The notes: generated by a model not told the origin, from the sequence alone. A stretch of 64,000 nucleotides of DNA from Nitrospirota bacterium (GCA_963796285.1 CAWCKW010000012.1:160001-224000); one strand, 5' to 3'; shown: positions 27,756-39,209, counted from the first letter of the stretch. Numbers and translations are program-made.

Positions 27756-28231
27756 GATTACTCTTCACTACGGGGTGCTCACGGAAATGGATAATTCTCT
27801 TTGCAGGTCGAAAAGATTCGAGCGGAATTTTTATCCGCCGGAGAAAGTAATAACCATGACAACAAATTCGTCATATCACTCCTCATAGCCCTCCTTGTAT
27901 TCGGCATTATGATTTTCTTGAACATCCGTGGCTAATCCAAAAAACCTGGGTTTATCGTTACGGTCTCCAGGCAAAGTTCCTGCGCACTGAAAAGGTCCTG
28001 GACAGCAATATTAAGGACAGTCTTGACGGGAATAGCGCTGGTGTCGGGGAGAAAAATAATAGTGAGATGATTCGCTTTACATCCAACCCTGTATGCTCAT
28101 GCCTGAACACAAATAGGCACGATCAATGTTTACCGCACTGTCACGAAGGACTCGAAAAAAATCATACAACTTGTCTAAATTGGCAATACTCTTCGAATAC
28201 TGTGCGTCATCGCGGAAAATATCGGTTGCTC

Positions 28232-29005
28232 CTACGTTCCCTTGCTGTCCTGCCACAGTTTTTCCATTTCATCCAGCGTCATATCACTCAACGACCTCCC
28301 CGTCTTCGCCGCGTATTCTTCGATATGGCGGAAGCGGTGGATGAACTTGCTGATGGTCTTGCGGAGCGCGTCTTCCGGGTTGACGTCGAGGAACCGCGAG
28401 ATGTTCACGAGCATGAAGAAAATGTCTCCGAGCTCCTCTTCGATGCCGGCCGCGTCCTTGTTCTTCAGCGATTCCTTGAACTCGGCGATCTCCTCATCGA
28501 GTTTGGGAAGGGCCTCGTCGACCTTGCTCCAGTCGAAGCCCACGCGAGCGGCGCGTTCCTGAAGGCTGTGGGCGCGAAGGAGCGAGGGGAGGTGGCGAGG
28601 CACGCCTTCAAGAACCGATTTGCGCTCTTCGTACCCCTTTTCCTTTTTTTTGATCTCCTCCCAGTTTGCCAATACTTCCTTGTCCGTGGTGAGCCGCGTG
28701 TCTCCGAACACATGGGGATGGCGGCGGGTCATCTTCTCGATATTGGTCGAGATCACGTCCTGGATCGTGAACTGCTTATTTTCCTCTGCGATGCGGGCGT
28801 GAAAGATGATCTGGAACAGAAGGTCGCCGAGCTCTTCCTTAACCTTCTCGGGCGATCCCTCGTCGAGGGCGTCCACGACCTCATAGCATTCTTCGATCAG
28901 AAATGGTTTAAGCGATACAGCGGTCTGTTTGCGGTCCCAGGGGCAGCCGTCGGGGCTTCGGAGTTTCGCCATGAGTTGAACGAGAAGCGTGAAGTTGTCT
29001 TTCAT
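28232..29005 (-). CDS. mazG: Nucleoside triphosphate pyrophosphohydrolase MazG
   Basis: LRSPDGCPWDRKQT, EELGDLLFQ, RRHPHVF, GFDW. Confidence 0.96.
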   Translation of the reverse strand: MKDNFTLLVQLMAKLRSPDGCPWDRKQTAVSLKPFLIEECYEVVDALDEGSPEKVKEELGDLLFQIIFHARIAEENKQFTIQDVISTNIEKMTRRHPHVFGDTRLTTDKEVLANWEEIKKKEKGYEERKSVLEGVPRHLPSLLRAHSLQERAARVGFDWSKVDEALPKLDEEIAEFKESLKNKDAAGIEEELGDIFFMLVNISRFLDVNPEDALRKTISKFIHRFRHIEEYAAKTGRSLSDMTLDEMEKLWQDSKGT

Positions 29006-29202
29006 TGAAAACCCTTAAAATATTATTTATTATCACACAGGACACAGAGAATTATCTTGAATGAGAAAGCCGCACAATCTCGCTGGTACCTTACACAAGC
29101 TTCTCTTTGTTTGCAAGCTTTTTTCTTGAAGCAAACCGGTATCTATGGTAGTCTTACACTAATACTATCAAATGAGTTATTGACATCGAAAGGAGACTGA
29201 TC

Positions 29203-29616
29203 ATGCTTCAAAAAGCCTTTTACGGGGTTATCGTGCTTGCTGCTTTCACCCTTCTTACGGCCATGGGCGGCAGCGGGGGGTTCGAACGGGCCCCCCGGGT
29301 GGAAAAGAACTATGCCGTTGTTGTCGTTGACGCGTCAGGCAACAAGATCGAGGGGGAAAAGTTCAGCTGGGAAGGCCGGATCCACTTCGCGGGTTACCTG
29401 GGTATGGCGCAGGTGACGACGCCCTTCGATAAGATCGAAGAACTGACTGTCGGGGAAAAACGTGACCGGAAGGTGAAGGTCACTGCCAGGCTCACGGATG
29501 GAACCGAGACAAACTTTGAGGTCGACGCAAAATCGCGCTGTTTCGGAGAGGCAAGCTTCGGCAGCTTCATGCTGCAGATGGATGAGGTCAAGACGGTTAC
29601 CTTTAAAAAGAATTAA
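29203..29616 (+). CDS. Hypothetical exported protein
   Basis: AAGGAG RBS, signal-peptide-like N-terminus, 137 aa. Confidence 0.7.
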   Translation: MLQKAFYGVIVLAAFTLLTAMGGSGGFERAPRVEKNYAVVVVDASGNKIEGEKFSWEGRIHFAGYLGMAQVTTPFDKIEELTVGEKRDRKVKVTARLTDGTETNFEVDAKSRCFGEASFGSFMLQMDEVKTVTFKKN

Positions 29617-29720
29617 GAACCGAATACCTGCTGCCGGAGACGACGCGAAGAGAAGTAAACGTTCACACGAACAACGGCGCCCTGAACAACATCAACGTTC
29701 GAAAAGCAGAATAATCGCAT

Positions 29721-29770
29721 TTTGGAGATTGGAAATTATTTAGGATTTCGTTCTTCGGATTTGGAATTTC
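29721..29770. repeat. Heptamer-periodic half element (TTGGA/TTCGG..TTT)
   Basis: TTTGGAGATTGGAAATTATTTAGGATTTCGTTCTTCGGATTTGGAATTT, similar to family C arms. Confidence 0.5.
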
Positions 29771-29844
29771 GATTTCCTCTCCGCGTCTTCTACCGAGGAA
29801 CAACCCTTTCCATAACAATTCTCGTGAACGGCTCGGACCAAACC

Positions 29845-32397
29845 ATGACATCAATTCAGGCCGGCAACATCAAGGCAATGCTTGACGAAGAAGGCGCGAT
29901 CATCCGCGGCGCGCACTCTGCCGGCGCAGGCGGCGGCGAAGTGGTCCAGCGCCGCACCGGCCTCATTGACAGGACACTTCGCGACGCGTGTAACCGCCTG
30001 AGCGCAAACGGTCCCATGCCGGCGCTCCTCGCTATCGGAGGCTACGGCAGGGGAGAGCTGAATCCCCACTCGGACATTGACATCATGTTCCTGTGCCGGG
30101 ACGAAAAGGACCGGCAGCGCTCTCTGGAGTTGTTGTATATCCTCTGGGACGCCGGCATGGATCTGGGATACAGCGTTCGGACCATCAACGAGTGCGTCTC
30201 GCTCGCGCGGCAGGACATCAAGGTCCGCACTTCCCTCATCGAATCACGCCTGCTTGCGGGTGACCCCGCGCTCTACCATACGTTCATCGGGGCCATGCAG
30301 AGCGGGGTCTTTTATTGGAAGCCTTCCGATTTTATCCAGGAAAAGATCGCCGAGCGTGTTGCGACGCGCCAGAAATACGGCGGTTCGATCTATTTGCGGG
30401 AACCTAATATCAAAGAATGCGAAGGTGGACTCCGGGATATTCATACCGCTTTTTGGGTCGCTTTTGTACACTTTCGCGTTGCATCGCTCGGGGAACTTGT
30501 CGGGAAGACCGTCATCACCGGCGGACAGTATGCGGTGTTCCTGCGGTCAAGGGATTTTCTCTGGAGGGTCAGGAACGAGATCCACTATCTCTCGGGCCGC
30601 AAGAACGACCATCTTACCTTCGACCTCCAGGAACGCGCGGCAAAGGAGTTCAATTACCGCGATTCCGCCGATCTGTTCGCGGTCGAACGATTTATGAAGG
30701 CCTACTTTCTCCACGCGAGGAACATCCGCGAATTTACGAATAGTGTCGTTGCAGCCGTCCTCAGGAAACCGTCCCGCAGATGGTTCGAAAGGACGCAGAA
30801 GCTCGGTCCCTTCTCGCTCACGGGCAGAACGCTCTTCCCCTCATCGGCAGAGGGGTGTCATGAAAATGCCGCGCTTGCCATGACGGCCTTCGAAATCGCC
30901 CAGGAACGCCATGCTGTTTTTTCAGACCATCTCACGTCGTTGATCCGTGGGTGCAGGATCGATGATACGGCGAGAAGGTCTCCGGCAGCTTCCCGGGCCT
31001 TCCTCGCTATCCTGAATAACCCCGACGGCCTCGCGGAGACGCTTGCCCTGATGAAGGATCTGAGATTTCTCGGCCGGTATCTTCCCGAATTCCGGGCCAT
31101 CCAGGCGCTTGCAAGACACGATTACTACCACCTTTACACGGTGGACGAACACATCCTGCTCGCGATCAGAAACCTTCAGGCCTTGTGGGCGGGCAGTTTT
31201 CCGGCGCTCACGACATTTTCAGATGCCTTCAGGGGCCTTGCCAAACGCTGGGTGCTGGTCCTTGCTGTTTTACTTCACGACCTGGGCAAGGCATATCGCG
31301 AAGAACATGCGCACCGAGGCGTGGTCCTGGCGAAGGATGTTCTCACGAGACTCGCAGTTACCGGGGACGACCGGGAACGGGTCCTTTTCCTCATCGAGAA
31401 CCACCTAGTCATGGCGCTTTTGTCACAGCGGCGGGAGCTCAGTGACCGAAAGGTCATCGCCGATTTCTCCCGGCTCGTGCGGGACCGCGAGAATCTTACC
31501 ATGCTGTATCTGCTCACCTATGCCGACATCTCGGCGGTGAATCCGACCGCCTGGACGCAATGGAAAGCCGCGCTGCTCCAGGACCTCTATTTGAGGACGC
31601 TCAATTACCTCGATAGGAGCGCGCAGACCGTTGAAGAAGAGCGGGCCAGGTTGATCGCGGCATCCATCAGGATCAGAAATGCAGCGGAGGGCCTCTTCTC
31701 ATCAGAAGAGATCGATGCCTTCCTCGTGTCCATGCCCGAACAGTACCTCCTCACCGCTTCGACGCACCGGGTGATCGATCACATGAGCATGATGAAGAAG
31801 CTGCCTGATGAACAGCTTGTTATCCGTCACCGTCATTATCCCGAGCGGGGTTACACCGAGCTCACCGTATGCGCCTATGATGCCTACGGCATGTTTTACC
31901 GGACCGCGGGCACGATCGCCTCCAAGAACCTGAACATTCTTCGCGCCCAGGTGTTTACGTCAAAGAACGGCGTGATGATCGATACGTTCCAGATCACCGA
32001 TCCCGAGGGGAACCTTTGCGATTACGAGGATGTCTGGGCAAGTGTGCGCACCGAGCTTCGGGCCGCGCTCAAGAGCGGGCGCAGGCTGCCTGAACCGGGC
32101 ACCCCTGTTTCACCCCAATCGTTCCCCGCGGCGATCACGCCCACGGTGGCGTTCGACAACGAGACCTCGGAGATATTCACGATCATCGATATCACCGCCC
32201 GCGATCGCGTTGGATTTCTGTACCAGGTGACAAAGACCCTCTATGAGTTGAACCTGGATATCGGCTCTGCCAAGATCGTGACCGAAGGATCGCGAATCAT
32301 GGATTCTTTCTACGTAACAGATTTGTTCAGGGAGAAGATCGACGATGTTGGCCGGCTTGAGAAGATCAGGGAAACGCTGATGAAGGTGATCGGGTAG
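29845..32397 (+). CDS. glnD: [Protein-PII] uridylyltransferase
   Basis: GGYGRGEL.PHSDID, EPNIKE.EGGLRD, YTVDEH, HDLGK, two C-terminal ACT domains. Confidence 0.96.
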   Translation: MTSIQAGNIKAMLDEEGAIIRGAHSAGAGGGEVVQRRTGLIDRTLRDACNRLSANGPMPALLAIGGYGRGELNPHSDIDIMFLCRDEKDRQRSLELLYILWDAGMDLGYSVRTINECVSLARQDIKVRTSLIESRLLAGDPALYHTFIGAMQSGVFYWKPSDFIQEKIAERVATRQKYGGSIYLREPNIKECEGGLRDIHTAFWVAFVHFRVASLGELVGKTVITGGQYAVFLRSRDFLWRVRNEIHYLSGRKNDHLTFDLQERAAKEFNYRDSADLFAVERFMKAYFLHARNIREFTNSVVAAVLRKPSRRWFERTQKLGPFSLTGRTLFPSSAEGCHENAALAMTAFEIAQERHAVFSDHLTSLIRGCRIDDTARRSPAASRAFLAILNNPDGLAETLALMKDLRFLGRYLPEFRAIQALARHDYYHLYTVDEHILLAIRNLQALWAGSFPALTTFSDAFRGLAKRWVLVLAVLLHDLGKAYREEHAHRGVVLAKDVLTRLAVTGDDRERVLFLIENHLVMALLSQRRELSDRKVIADFSRLVRDRENLTMLYLLTYADISAVNPTAWTQWKAALLQDLYLRTLNYLDRSAQTVEEERARLIAASIRIRNAAEGLFSSEEIDAFLVSMPEQYLLTASTHRVIDHMSMMKKLPDEQLVIRHRHYPERGYTELTVCAYDAYGMFYRTAGTIASKNLNILRAQVFTSKNGVMIDTFQITDPEGNLCDYEDVWASVRTELRAALKSGRRLPEPGTPVSPQSFPAAITPTVAFDNETSEIFTIIDITARDRVGFLYQVTKTLYELNLDIGSAKIVTEGSRIMDSFYVTDLFREKIDDVGRLEKIRETLMKVIG

Positions 32398-32464
32398 TAG
32401 ACAGGTGACGGAAGTCGGGAGTCGGGATGCAGAGGACAGAAGACAGCACCTTTTCAGGCATTGT

Positions 32465-35400
32465 ATGAAAAAAACATTCATCGTCATATCGATCATTCTG
32501 ATCGTCCTGCTTGCGGGAGCCGAGGGCTACTTGCAGAGTGATGCCTTTTCAAGGAAGATCAGACCCTTCGTGCTCGGGCCGCTAAAAGAATTGCTGGGTG
32601 CGGATGCTGATATTGGATTGGTAAAAGCCCACTTTGTCCCGCCCTATCTCGAAGTGAGGGATATATCGATTCGTGACGCAGATGGGAAAGAGGCGGTTGC
32701 CATCAGGAAAATAAATGCCTATATCAATCCGCTTCCTCTGCTTCTGAAAAAGATCCGGTTGCCATCGATCTCCATTCTTGAGCCGCGTATTTACGCGGAG
32801 CGTGCAAAAGACGGTACGATCAATCTCGGTCCACTCATAGACAGGCTCAGAATGAATGCTGCTCGGAGGGAATCGGAAGGCGCATCCGGATTCAGCCTGC
32901 TGCTGCGGGATATTTCGCTCAGCAAGGGCAGGATCGAGTATAAAGACGGGATAACTTCAATTCAGCTCTCAATGAGCGATCTGAATATGGCGGTCAAAGT
33001 TGACCTTTCGCAAGAACGGTTCACCACGAGCATCGGGAACTCTCTCATCAGGGTTTCGACTCCCGCTTATCCTGAGATTTCGGGCAAGTTCAAGGCAACA
33101 ATGGAATACGACCGGGGCAGGACCCATCTGCGGGTGGTTGAGCTGTCAACGGCAGATGCTACGATCACCCTGTCCGGAGAAGCAGGGCTGTTGCCGGATT
33201 CCCCCCTTGATCTCAAGATCACGGGCAGGTCGGGTCCGGAGGTTATCGATCGGTATCTCGGTTTTCTGAAACCGGTCAAGAAACAGAAGGCCTCTCGCTT
33301 CGAAGTGCAGGCAGTTGTCCGGGGGAAACTGTCCGAACCTGTCATCGAGGGGAGCCTCAAAGTGTCGGCCGTTCCGTTCAGAGAATACCTGCTTCAGGAT
33401 GGCGTATTGTCATTTACATTCCGGGACGGGAATTTCGCCGTCACCGGCAGGCACGCGAAACTCACGAAAGGTGATAAAAATTTCGTCATTGATTCCATCG
33501 ACGCAGACGTCGGTTATAGCAGGGGAGGTTTGGATATCCGGCGTCTGGATCTTCTCGCCGGGGACCTTGCGCTGCATGGTAACGGCCGTGCGGACCCGGA
33601 AACGGGCTTCGATTTCCTTCTGAGCGCCGCGTCATCGGGCAAGGGGCAGACGATCTTCTTTCTGACCGGACTGCCGCTCGAAGGCGCAGTGAGCGTGACC
33701 GGACATCTTATCGGCGCTTTGACCTCGCCCCGGTTCAACGGCAACCTCTCGGCAGGGCCCGTGACCGTGCGCGGCGTTCGCTTTAATGAAGTGGACGGCA
33801 GGCTTGAGTATGACAATAAGAAGATCCTGCTGTCGGCCGTGGACATAGCAGAGCAATCATCTCATTATATCTTTCATGGATCCGTGGACCTGAGCGGCAA
33901 AGAACCGGTGTATTCAGCGCGGCTCCAGGTCCTCAGGTCGGATGTCGTGAACATTGTGGCGTTGTTCTATCAACAACTGCCGCTCAAGCTTACCGCTGTC
34001 GGCGAGTTGACCTTTCAGGGGACTGCGCAGAATTATTCAGGGAACGGTTATCTCAAGCTTGATGCAGGCAGCGCATACGGAGAGTCCTTTGTCCGGGGCG
34101 CGATCACTGCGACACTTACCACCGGAAAGATAGCCTTCCCGCAGGTTGTGCTCTATAAGGGACAGGGAATGGTAAAGGCGACTGGATGGATCGGGTTTAA
34201 CGGGACCTACTCCGCTGATCTGGAAAGCAGGGGCATCGACCTATCCCATGTCGATCGGCTGAACGAATTGCTGTTCAGCGGGGAGGGCAAACTCGATATA
34301 CACTCCTCGGGAACCTTCTCCGCGCCTCTGGTCAGAGCTTCGCTTGATGTTGATGCGTTGTCATACAATCAGGTCGAGGTGGGCGAGGTGCATGCTGAGG
34401 CGCTGGTCCGTGACGGGGTGCTGTTGTTTAAAACCGGATCGACCGATGATCGCGCGAGCCTATCAATGCGCTGGACGCTTCATAAACCGTACCCATGGAC
34501 CGCGGATATCAAGGTCCGTTCAGAGGACATAAACCCTTCCCTCATACTCGGGAACAAAGGTCTGGCTGATCAGGTGAAAGTGATCGCCGAAGGTACGGCG
34601 ACTGCGCAGGGCCGCGGACTTGACCTGTCCGCGCTTTCAGGGGGGGTGGTTTTCAAACGGTTAAGTCTGATCATCGGCGATTATCGGATGGACAACGAGG
34701 CGGATGCAAAGCTCGCGTTTGAAGGCTCCAAACTTTCGTTTGCGGCTCTGCATTTCGTCGGTCCCGGCACCAGGTTCGATATCACGGGCTGGGTTCGACC
34801 ACTAGCGGACATGGATGTCGTTTTGAAAGGCACGGTGAATCTTTCGTTTTTGAAATTGCTGTACCGTGAGGTAGAGCACGCAGCTGGTGTTGCCGAAGTG
34901 AAGCTTGCTATCAAGGACGACTGGAAGAACCCTGACGTGACCGGAGAACTGCTGTTACGGAATGGAGAGGTCAAGATCAAGGACATTCCGCAGCGGTTCA
35001 CCGCGTTGAATAGCAAGATCGTCTTCGCGCAAGGCAGGGTCGTTACGGATTCATTGTCCGGGGAGATGGGAGGCGGCACGCTGAGCGCGTCGGGATGGGT
35101 GCAGCTTGCCGGTGCGTCACTCCGGCAGTTCTCCGCCAAAGCATCCGTTGAAAACGCGACAGTTCGTTACCCCGAAGGGCTCACCTCGACGCTTTCCGGA
35201 GAACTGTTTTATGACGGCGACGCCACCGAGCAGTACCTTTCCGGCGATATCACGATCAAGCGTGCGCGGTACGATAAACGGGTGGAGTGGAAAAGCATGC
35301 TGGTTGATATCAGCAGAGGACTGTACCAGAAAAGAAAGACCGAGGTGGGGTGGATCGGCGACACGCAGATCAACATGCGTTTCCATGGAACAGACGACAT

Positions 35401-36091
35401 CCTGTTTCAGAACAATCTTGCCAAGATGCCGCTTGACGTGGACGTGTTCCTGCGGGGCACGGTAAACCACCCGCAGTTTCTGGGCAGGATCGAGGCCCGG
35501 AAAGGGGTCGTCTATTTCCGCAGGAACGAATTCAAAATACTCCATGCATCCGTGGATTTCGTTGATCCCAACCGGATGAACCCCGTGCTGGATATCCAGG
35601 CGGAAACACAGGTTCGAGATTATCTGATCCAGCTTGCGGTCACCGGTACCGCCGATCGCGCCGTGGTGACGTTCATTTCGGAGCCATCGCTCACTGACTC
35701 CGATATCTTGGCGATGCTGGCACTGGGAAAAACCGGAGCAGAACTCAAAGGTAAGGAATCCGGTGTGGGGGTAGGCGAAGCTACGTCATTCGCCACCGGA
35801 CAATTTCAGGATGTTATTGAACGCAATGCCAGAAGTTTTACCGGGCTTGATCGTTTCCAGGTGGATCCATACATCAACAAAAGCGATACGTCCGTACCCC
35901 GGGTCACCGTGGGTAAGGAGCTTGTGCAGAACAAAATCTACGTTACGTACTCATCAAACGTAGGCGCCTCGGCGCCGGAGCAGCTCTTCAGGATCGAGTA
36001 TCTCCTGGACAGGCATTATTCCCTTGTAGGAGAACGGAACGAGGAGGGGAACAATGGGGCTGATATCAAGTATCGGTTTGAGTTTAAGTAA
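32465..36091 (+). CDS. tamB: Translocation/assembly module TamB (AsmA-like, DUF490)
   Basis: ~1200 aa beta-rich protein, N-terminal TM, C-terminal NPVLDI.A..SEP..GADIKYRFEFK. Confidence 0.85.
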   Translation: MKKTFIVISIILIVLLAGAEGYLQSDAFSRKIRPFVLGPLKELLGADADIGLVKAHFVPPYLEVRDISIRDADGKEAVAIRKINAYINPLPLLLKKIRLPSISILEPRIYAERAKDGTINLGPLIDRLRMNAARRESEGASGFSLLLRDISLSKGRIEYKDGITSIQLSMSDLNMAVKVDLSQERFTTSIGNSLIRVSTPAYPEISGKFKATMEYDRGRTHLRVVELSTADATITLSGEAGLLPDSPLDLKITGRSGPEVIDRYLGFLKPVKKQKASRFEVQAVVRGKLSEPVIEGSLKVSAVPFREYLLQDGVLSFTFRDGNFAVTGRHAKLTKGDKNFVIDSIDADVGYSRGGLDIRRLDLLAGDLALHGNGRADPETGFDFLLSAASSGKGQTIFFLTGLPLEGAVSVTGHLIGALTSPRFNGNLSAGPVTVRGVRFNEVDGRLEYDNKKILLSAVDIAEQSSHYIFHGSVDLSGKEPVYSARLQVLRSDVVNIVALFYQQLPLKLTAVGELTFQGTAQNYSGNGYLKLDAGSAYGESFVRGAITATLTTGKIAFPQVVLYKGQGMVKATGWIGFNGTYSADLESRGIDLSHVDRLNELLFSGEGKLDIHSSGTFSAPLVRASLDVDALSYNQVEVGEVHAEALVRDGVLLFKTGSTDDRASLSMRWTLHKPYPWTADIKVRSEDINPSLILGNKGLADQVKVIAEGTATAQGRGLDLSALSGGVVFKRLSLIIGDYRMDNEADAKLAFEGSKLSFAALHFVGPGTRFDITGWVRPLADMDVVLKGTVNLSFLKLLYREVEHAAGVAEVKLAIKDDWKNPDVTGELLLRNGEVKIKDIPQRFTALNSKIVFAQGRVVTDSLSGEMGGGTLSASGWVQLAGASLRQFSAKASVENATVRYPEGLTSTLSGELFYDGDATEQYLSGDITIKRARYDKRVEWKSMLVDISRGLYQKRKTEVGWIGDTQINMRFHGTDDILFQNNLAKMPLDVDVFLRGTVNHPQFLGRIEARKGVVYFRRNEFKILHASVDFVDPNRMNPVLDIQAETQVRDYLIQLAVTGTADRAVVTFISEPSLTDSDILAMLALGKTGAELKGKESGVGVGEATSFATGQFQDVIERNARSFTGLDRFQVDPYINKSDTSVPRVTVGKELVQNKIYVTYSSNVGASAPEQLFRIEYLLDRHYSLVGERNEEGNNGADIKYRFEFK

Positions 36092-36205
36092 GGTGTAACG
36101 TTGGGAGGGTGATAAAGCAGGGAGGTGTGAAGGAAGAGAAGAGGCTCTGTTTCTTAGAACCGAGGCACACATTTTCGCACGTTATACGTTCGTGCCGTTG
36201 TTTTT

Positions 36206-38887
36206 TTAATGCGCTTCATCCCAGTTCTTGCCCACGCCCATATCCACCCTGATCGGGACCGAAAGCCTAAGTACTCCTTCCATTTCTTCTTTCACCAGCA
36301 TCTTTATTATGTCGATCTCCTGGTCCGGCACTTCGAATACCAGTTCATCGTGCACCTGGAGGATCATTTTTGTTTCGAGGTTCTCCCGTGCGAGCCGCTT
36401 CTGAATGTTGATCATGGCCAGCTTGATGAGGTCCGCGGCGGTCCCTTGAATGGGCGTATTGATCGCCATGCGCTCTCCGAAATTCCGCACTGCCACCGAT
36501 GATGATGCGAGCTCGGGGATAAAGCGGCGCCTGCCGAAGAGCGTCGAGACGTAGCCTTTCGTCTTCGCTTCCTCAATGGTGTGGTCTATGAACTCCCGCA
36601 CCCGCGGATAGCGAGCGAAATAATTGTCGATGTAACGTTTTGCCTCTGCATTCGATACACCGATGTCCTGTGCCAGGCCGAATGCCGATATGCCGTAGAT
36701 AATGCCGAAGTTGACTGCCTTGGCCTTGCGCCGCATTTCGGGCGTGATCTCTTCCGGAGTGAGCCCGAAGATCTCCGAGGCGGTCCGGGTGTGGACGTCT
36801 TCATCGCTCTGAAAGGTCTTGATCAGCGCGGAATCACCGCTCATATGGGCGAGGACCCGCAGTTCGATCTGGGAGTAATCAGCCGAAAGCAGGCTCGCCC
36901 CGCGTTCGGCGATGAACGCCTGTCTGATCTCCCGCCCCACCTCGGTACGTATGGGGATATTCTGGAGGTTCGGCTCACTGCTCGAAAGCCTGCCGGTTGC
37001 GGTCACGGTCTGGTTGAGCGAAGTGTGAAGCCGGCCGGTTTTCGGATTGATCATCAAGGGGAGCGCGTCGATATAGGTCGACTTGAGCTTTGCAAGCGTA
37101 CGGTATTTCAGGATCTCAGCCGGCAGGGGATGGACCGGCGCCAGCTCTTCAAGCACGTCCACATTGGTTGAGAACCCGGTCTTGGTCTTTTTGGTCGGCG
37201 TGAGCCCCAGTCTTACGAACAGGATATCCGCGAGCTGCTTGGGAGAATTGATGTTGAATTCCGTTCCAGCCAGTTCGTAGATGGTCTTCTCGATCCCCGC
37301 CATGTCGCTGCCCAGTTTCTTTGACATGAGCTTCAGGAAATCGGCGTTGATCTTCACCCCGCTGCGCGCCATGTCAACAAGGACCTCCATGAGCGGCATC
37401 TCCATGTCGAGAAAAAGCCCTTCGAGGTTCTGTTCCTTGAGCAGGGGGGCAAGCTTTTGTTTCAGCCTGAGCGTTATGTCCGCGTCTTCCCCGGAGTAGC
37501 GGGTCGCAGTCTGTACATCAACATCGGCAAAGCAGATCTGTTTTTTGCCGCATCCCGTGATCTCGGCATAGGTGGTGGTCTTGTAATTGAGGTATTCGAG
37601 CGCCAGTGCGTCCATGCCGTGGGAAGGCTTGGCCGGGTTCAGGAGATAGGAGGCGATCATGGTGTCGAAGGCGATGCCCTCCACCTTGAGTCCATAATGC
37701 CCGAGCACCAGCAGGTCGTATTTGATGTTCTGCCCGATCTTCCTGATCGCAGGATTTTCCAGGATCGGCTTGAGCGCGCCCAGCACGAGGTCGAGGCTGA
37801 GCTGTTTCGGCGCACCGGGGCAGTTGTGGCCGACCGGGACGTAATATGCCTGGTGGGGCTGCAGCGCAAACGAGAGCCCCACCAGTTCAGCCTGCATGGG
37901 ATCGAGCGACGTGGTTTCTGTGTCAAAACAGAATTCATCAGATGACGAGAGCGCGCTGACCAGGTCCTGAAAGGCCTGTTCCTCGAGCACCGTGTGATAC
38001 TCCGCCTCCACATCCGGTTCCTGGGTGACGTGCTTGAGCAGGGCGGTGAATTCGAGCTCCTTGAAGATCTTGAGCAGAGCAGGGCTGTCAGGGGCCTTGA
38101 GTTTCAGGTCGTCATAGTTGATCTCGATCGGCACATCGATATGAAGGATCGCGAGCTCGCGGCTCAGGCGCGCGAGGTCCGCGTTTTCAATGAGGGATCG
38201 TTTTAATTTTGGCTTGGTGATCTCGTGCGTGTGGGCGAGCAGGTTGTCAATGGTTGTGTACTGTCTGATCAGCACCTGCGCTGTCTTCTCGCCGATGCCG
38301 GGCACGCCGGGGATATTGTCCGCCGCGTCTCCCATGAGGCCCATGATCTCAACCACGCGGTCAGGCGGCACGCTGAATCGTTCTTCCACGTCCGCGGCCC
38401 CATAGACCTTTTCCTTGAGCGTGTCGTAGACCTTGATATGCGGTCCCACGAGCTGGAGGATGTCCTTGTCTCCTGTCACGATCGTGATGTCCATGCCGCG
38501 CGCCTCCGCCTGGCGGGCGAGCGTGGCGATAACATCATCAGCCTCCTGACCTTCTATCACAAATACCGGGATGCGGAACGCTTCCACCAGTTTGTGGATG
38601 TAGGAGATCTGGGGGACGAGGTCCTTCGGCATGGGAGGCCGGTGGGACTTGTATTCCTTGTATTCACCGTGTCTGCGGGTCGGACCCTTGGGATCGAAAA
38701 CAATGGCGAGCAGGGCCGGTGCTTTGTCCTTAATGACCTTCAGCAGCATGTTGGTGAAGCCGAAGACGGCATTCGTCGGCAGGCCGGAAGAGGTGCTGAG
38801 ACCTCGTATTGCATAAAATGCGCGGTAAATGTACGAATTACCATCGATAATATAGAACGTGTCTTTAGAATTTTTGCTGATGCTCAT
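36206..38887 (-). CDS. polA: DNA polymerase I
   Basis: IDGNSYIYRAFYA, DTETT exonuclease motif, DYSQIELR, KAVNFGIIYG, QVHDE. Confidence 0.98.
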   Translation of the reverse strand: MSISKNSKDTFYIIDGNSYIYRAFYAIRGLSTSSGLPTNAVFGFTNMLLKVIKDKAPALLAIVFDPKGPTRRHGEYKEYKSHRPPMPKDLVPQISYIHKLVEAFRIPVFVIEGQEADDVIATLARQAEARGMDITIVTGDKDILQLVGPHIKVYDTLKEKVYGAADVEERFSVPPDRVVEIMGLMGDAADNIPGVPGIGEKTAQVLIRQYTTIDNLLAHTHEITKPKLKRSLIENADLARLSRELAILHIDVPIEINYDDLKLKAPDSPALLKIFKELEFTALLKHVTQEPDVEAEYHTVLEEQAFQDLVSALSSSDEFCFDTETTSLDPMQAELVGLSFALQPHQAYYVPVGHNCPGAPKQLSLDLVLGALKPILENPAIRKIGQNIKYDLLVLGHYGLKVEGIAFDTMIASYLLNPAKPSHGMDALALEYLNYKTTTYAEITGCGKKQICFADVDVQTATRYSGEDADITLRLKQKLAPLLKEQNLEGLFLDMEMPLMEVLVDMARSGVKINADFLKLMSKKLGSDMAGIEKTIYELAGTEFNINSPKQLADILFVRLGLTPTKKTKTGFSTNVDVLEELAPVHPLPAEILKYRTLAKLKSTYIDALPLMINPKTGRLHTSLNQTVTATGRLSSSEPNLQNIPIRTEVGREIRQAFIAERGASLLSADYSQIELRVLAHMSGDSALIKTFQSDEDVHTRTASEIFGLTPEEITPEMRRKAKAVNFGIIYGISAFGLAQDIGVSNAEAKRYIDNYFARYPRVREFIDHTIEEAKTKGYVSTLFGRRRFIPELASSSVAVRNFGERMAINTPIQGTAADLIKLAMINIQKRLARENLETKMILQVHDELVFEVPDQEIDIIKMLVKEEMEGVLRLSVPIRVDMGVGKNWDEAH

Positions 38888-39132
38888 GGCAAGAGAGTAT
38901 AGCGTACCTGCTCAAGAAAGACAATGGGAGAATAGTGTTGAGGCTCATCTGCAACACGATAATGATGCTGACTACTTAGGACTATCAGCAGCCGCAGACG
39001 GTTTCGCCGCACACGGCAAGGCGTTCTTGGGAAATAGGGATTACGGTTGTTGAAATTAACCAGTGTTCATCTGTCACGCCAATGGAGTGATCCGTCATTC
39101 ACTGGAGATAACAGCATTGGCGAAAGATTTTC

Positions 39133-39161
39133 TTGACGCCAAAGAGATAATGTTGTATAAA
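39133..39161 (+). promoter_or_regulatory. Putative tRNA promoter
   Basis: TTGACG-N17-TATAAA ~50 bp upstream of the tRNA. Confidence 0.6.
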
Positions 39162-39209
39162 CTACCGTCAATTCAGTTTGTTTTAACCTGCTTAGTTACC
39201 CTCTCTCAG

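Noticed and set aside
29722-29844. Long N-terminal extensions of glnD, hyfE1, hyfF1, tamB and the GT2 in the ORF track
   Set aside because: The extensions run through intergenic repeat elements; downstream starts match the expected protein N-termini.
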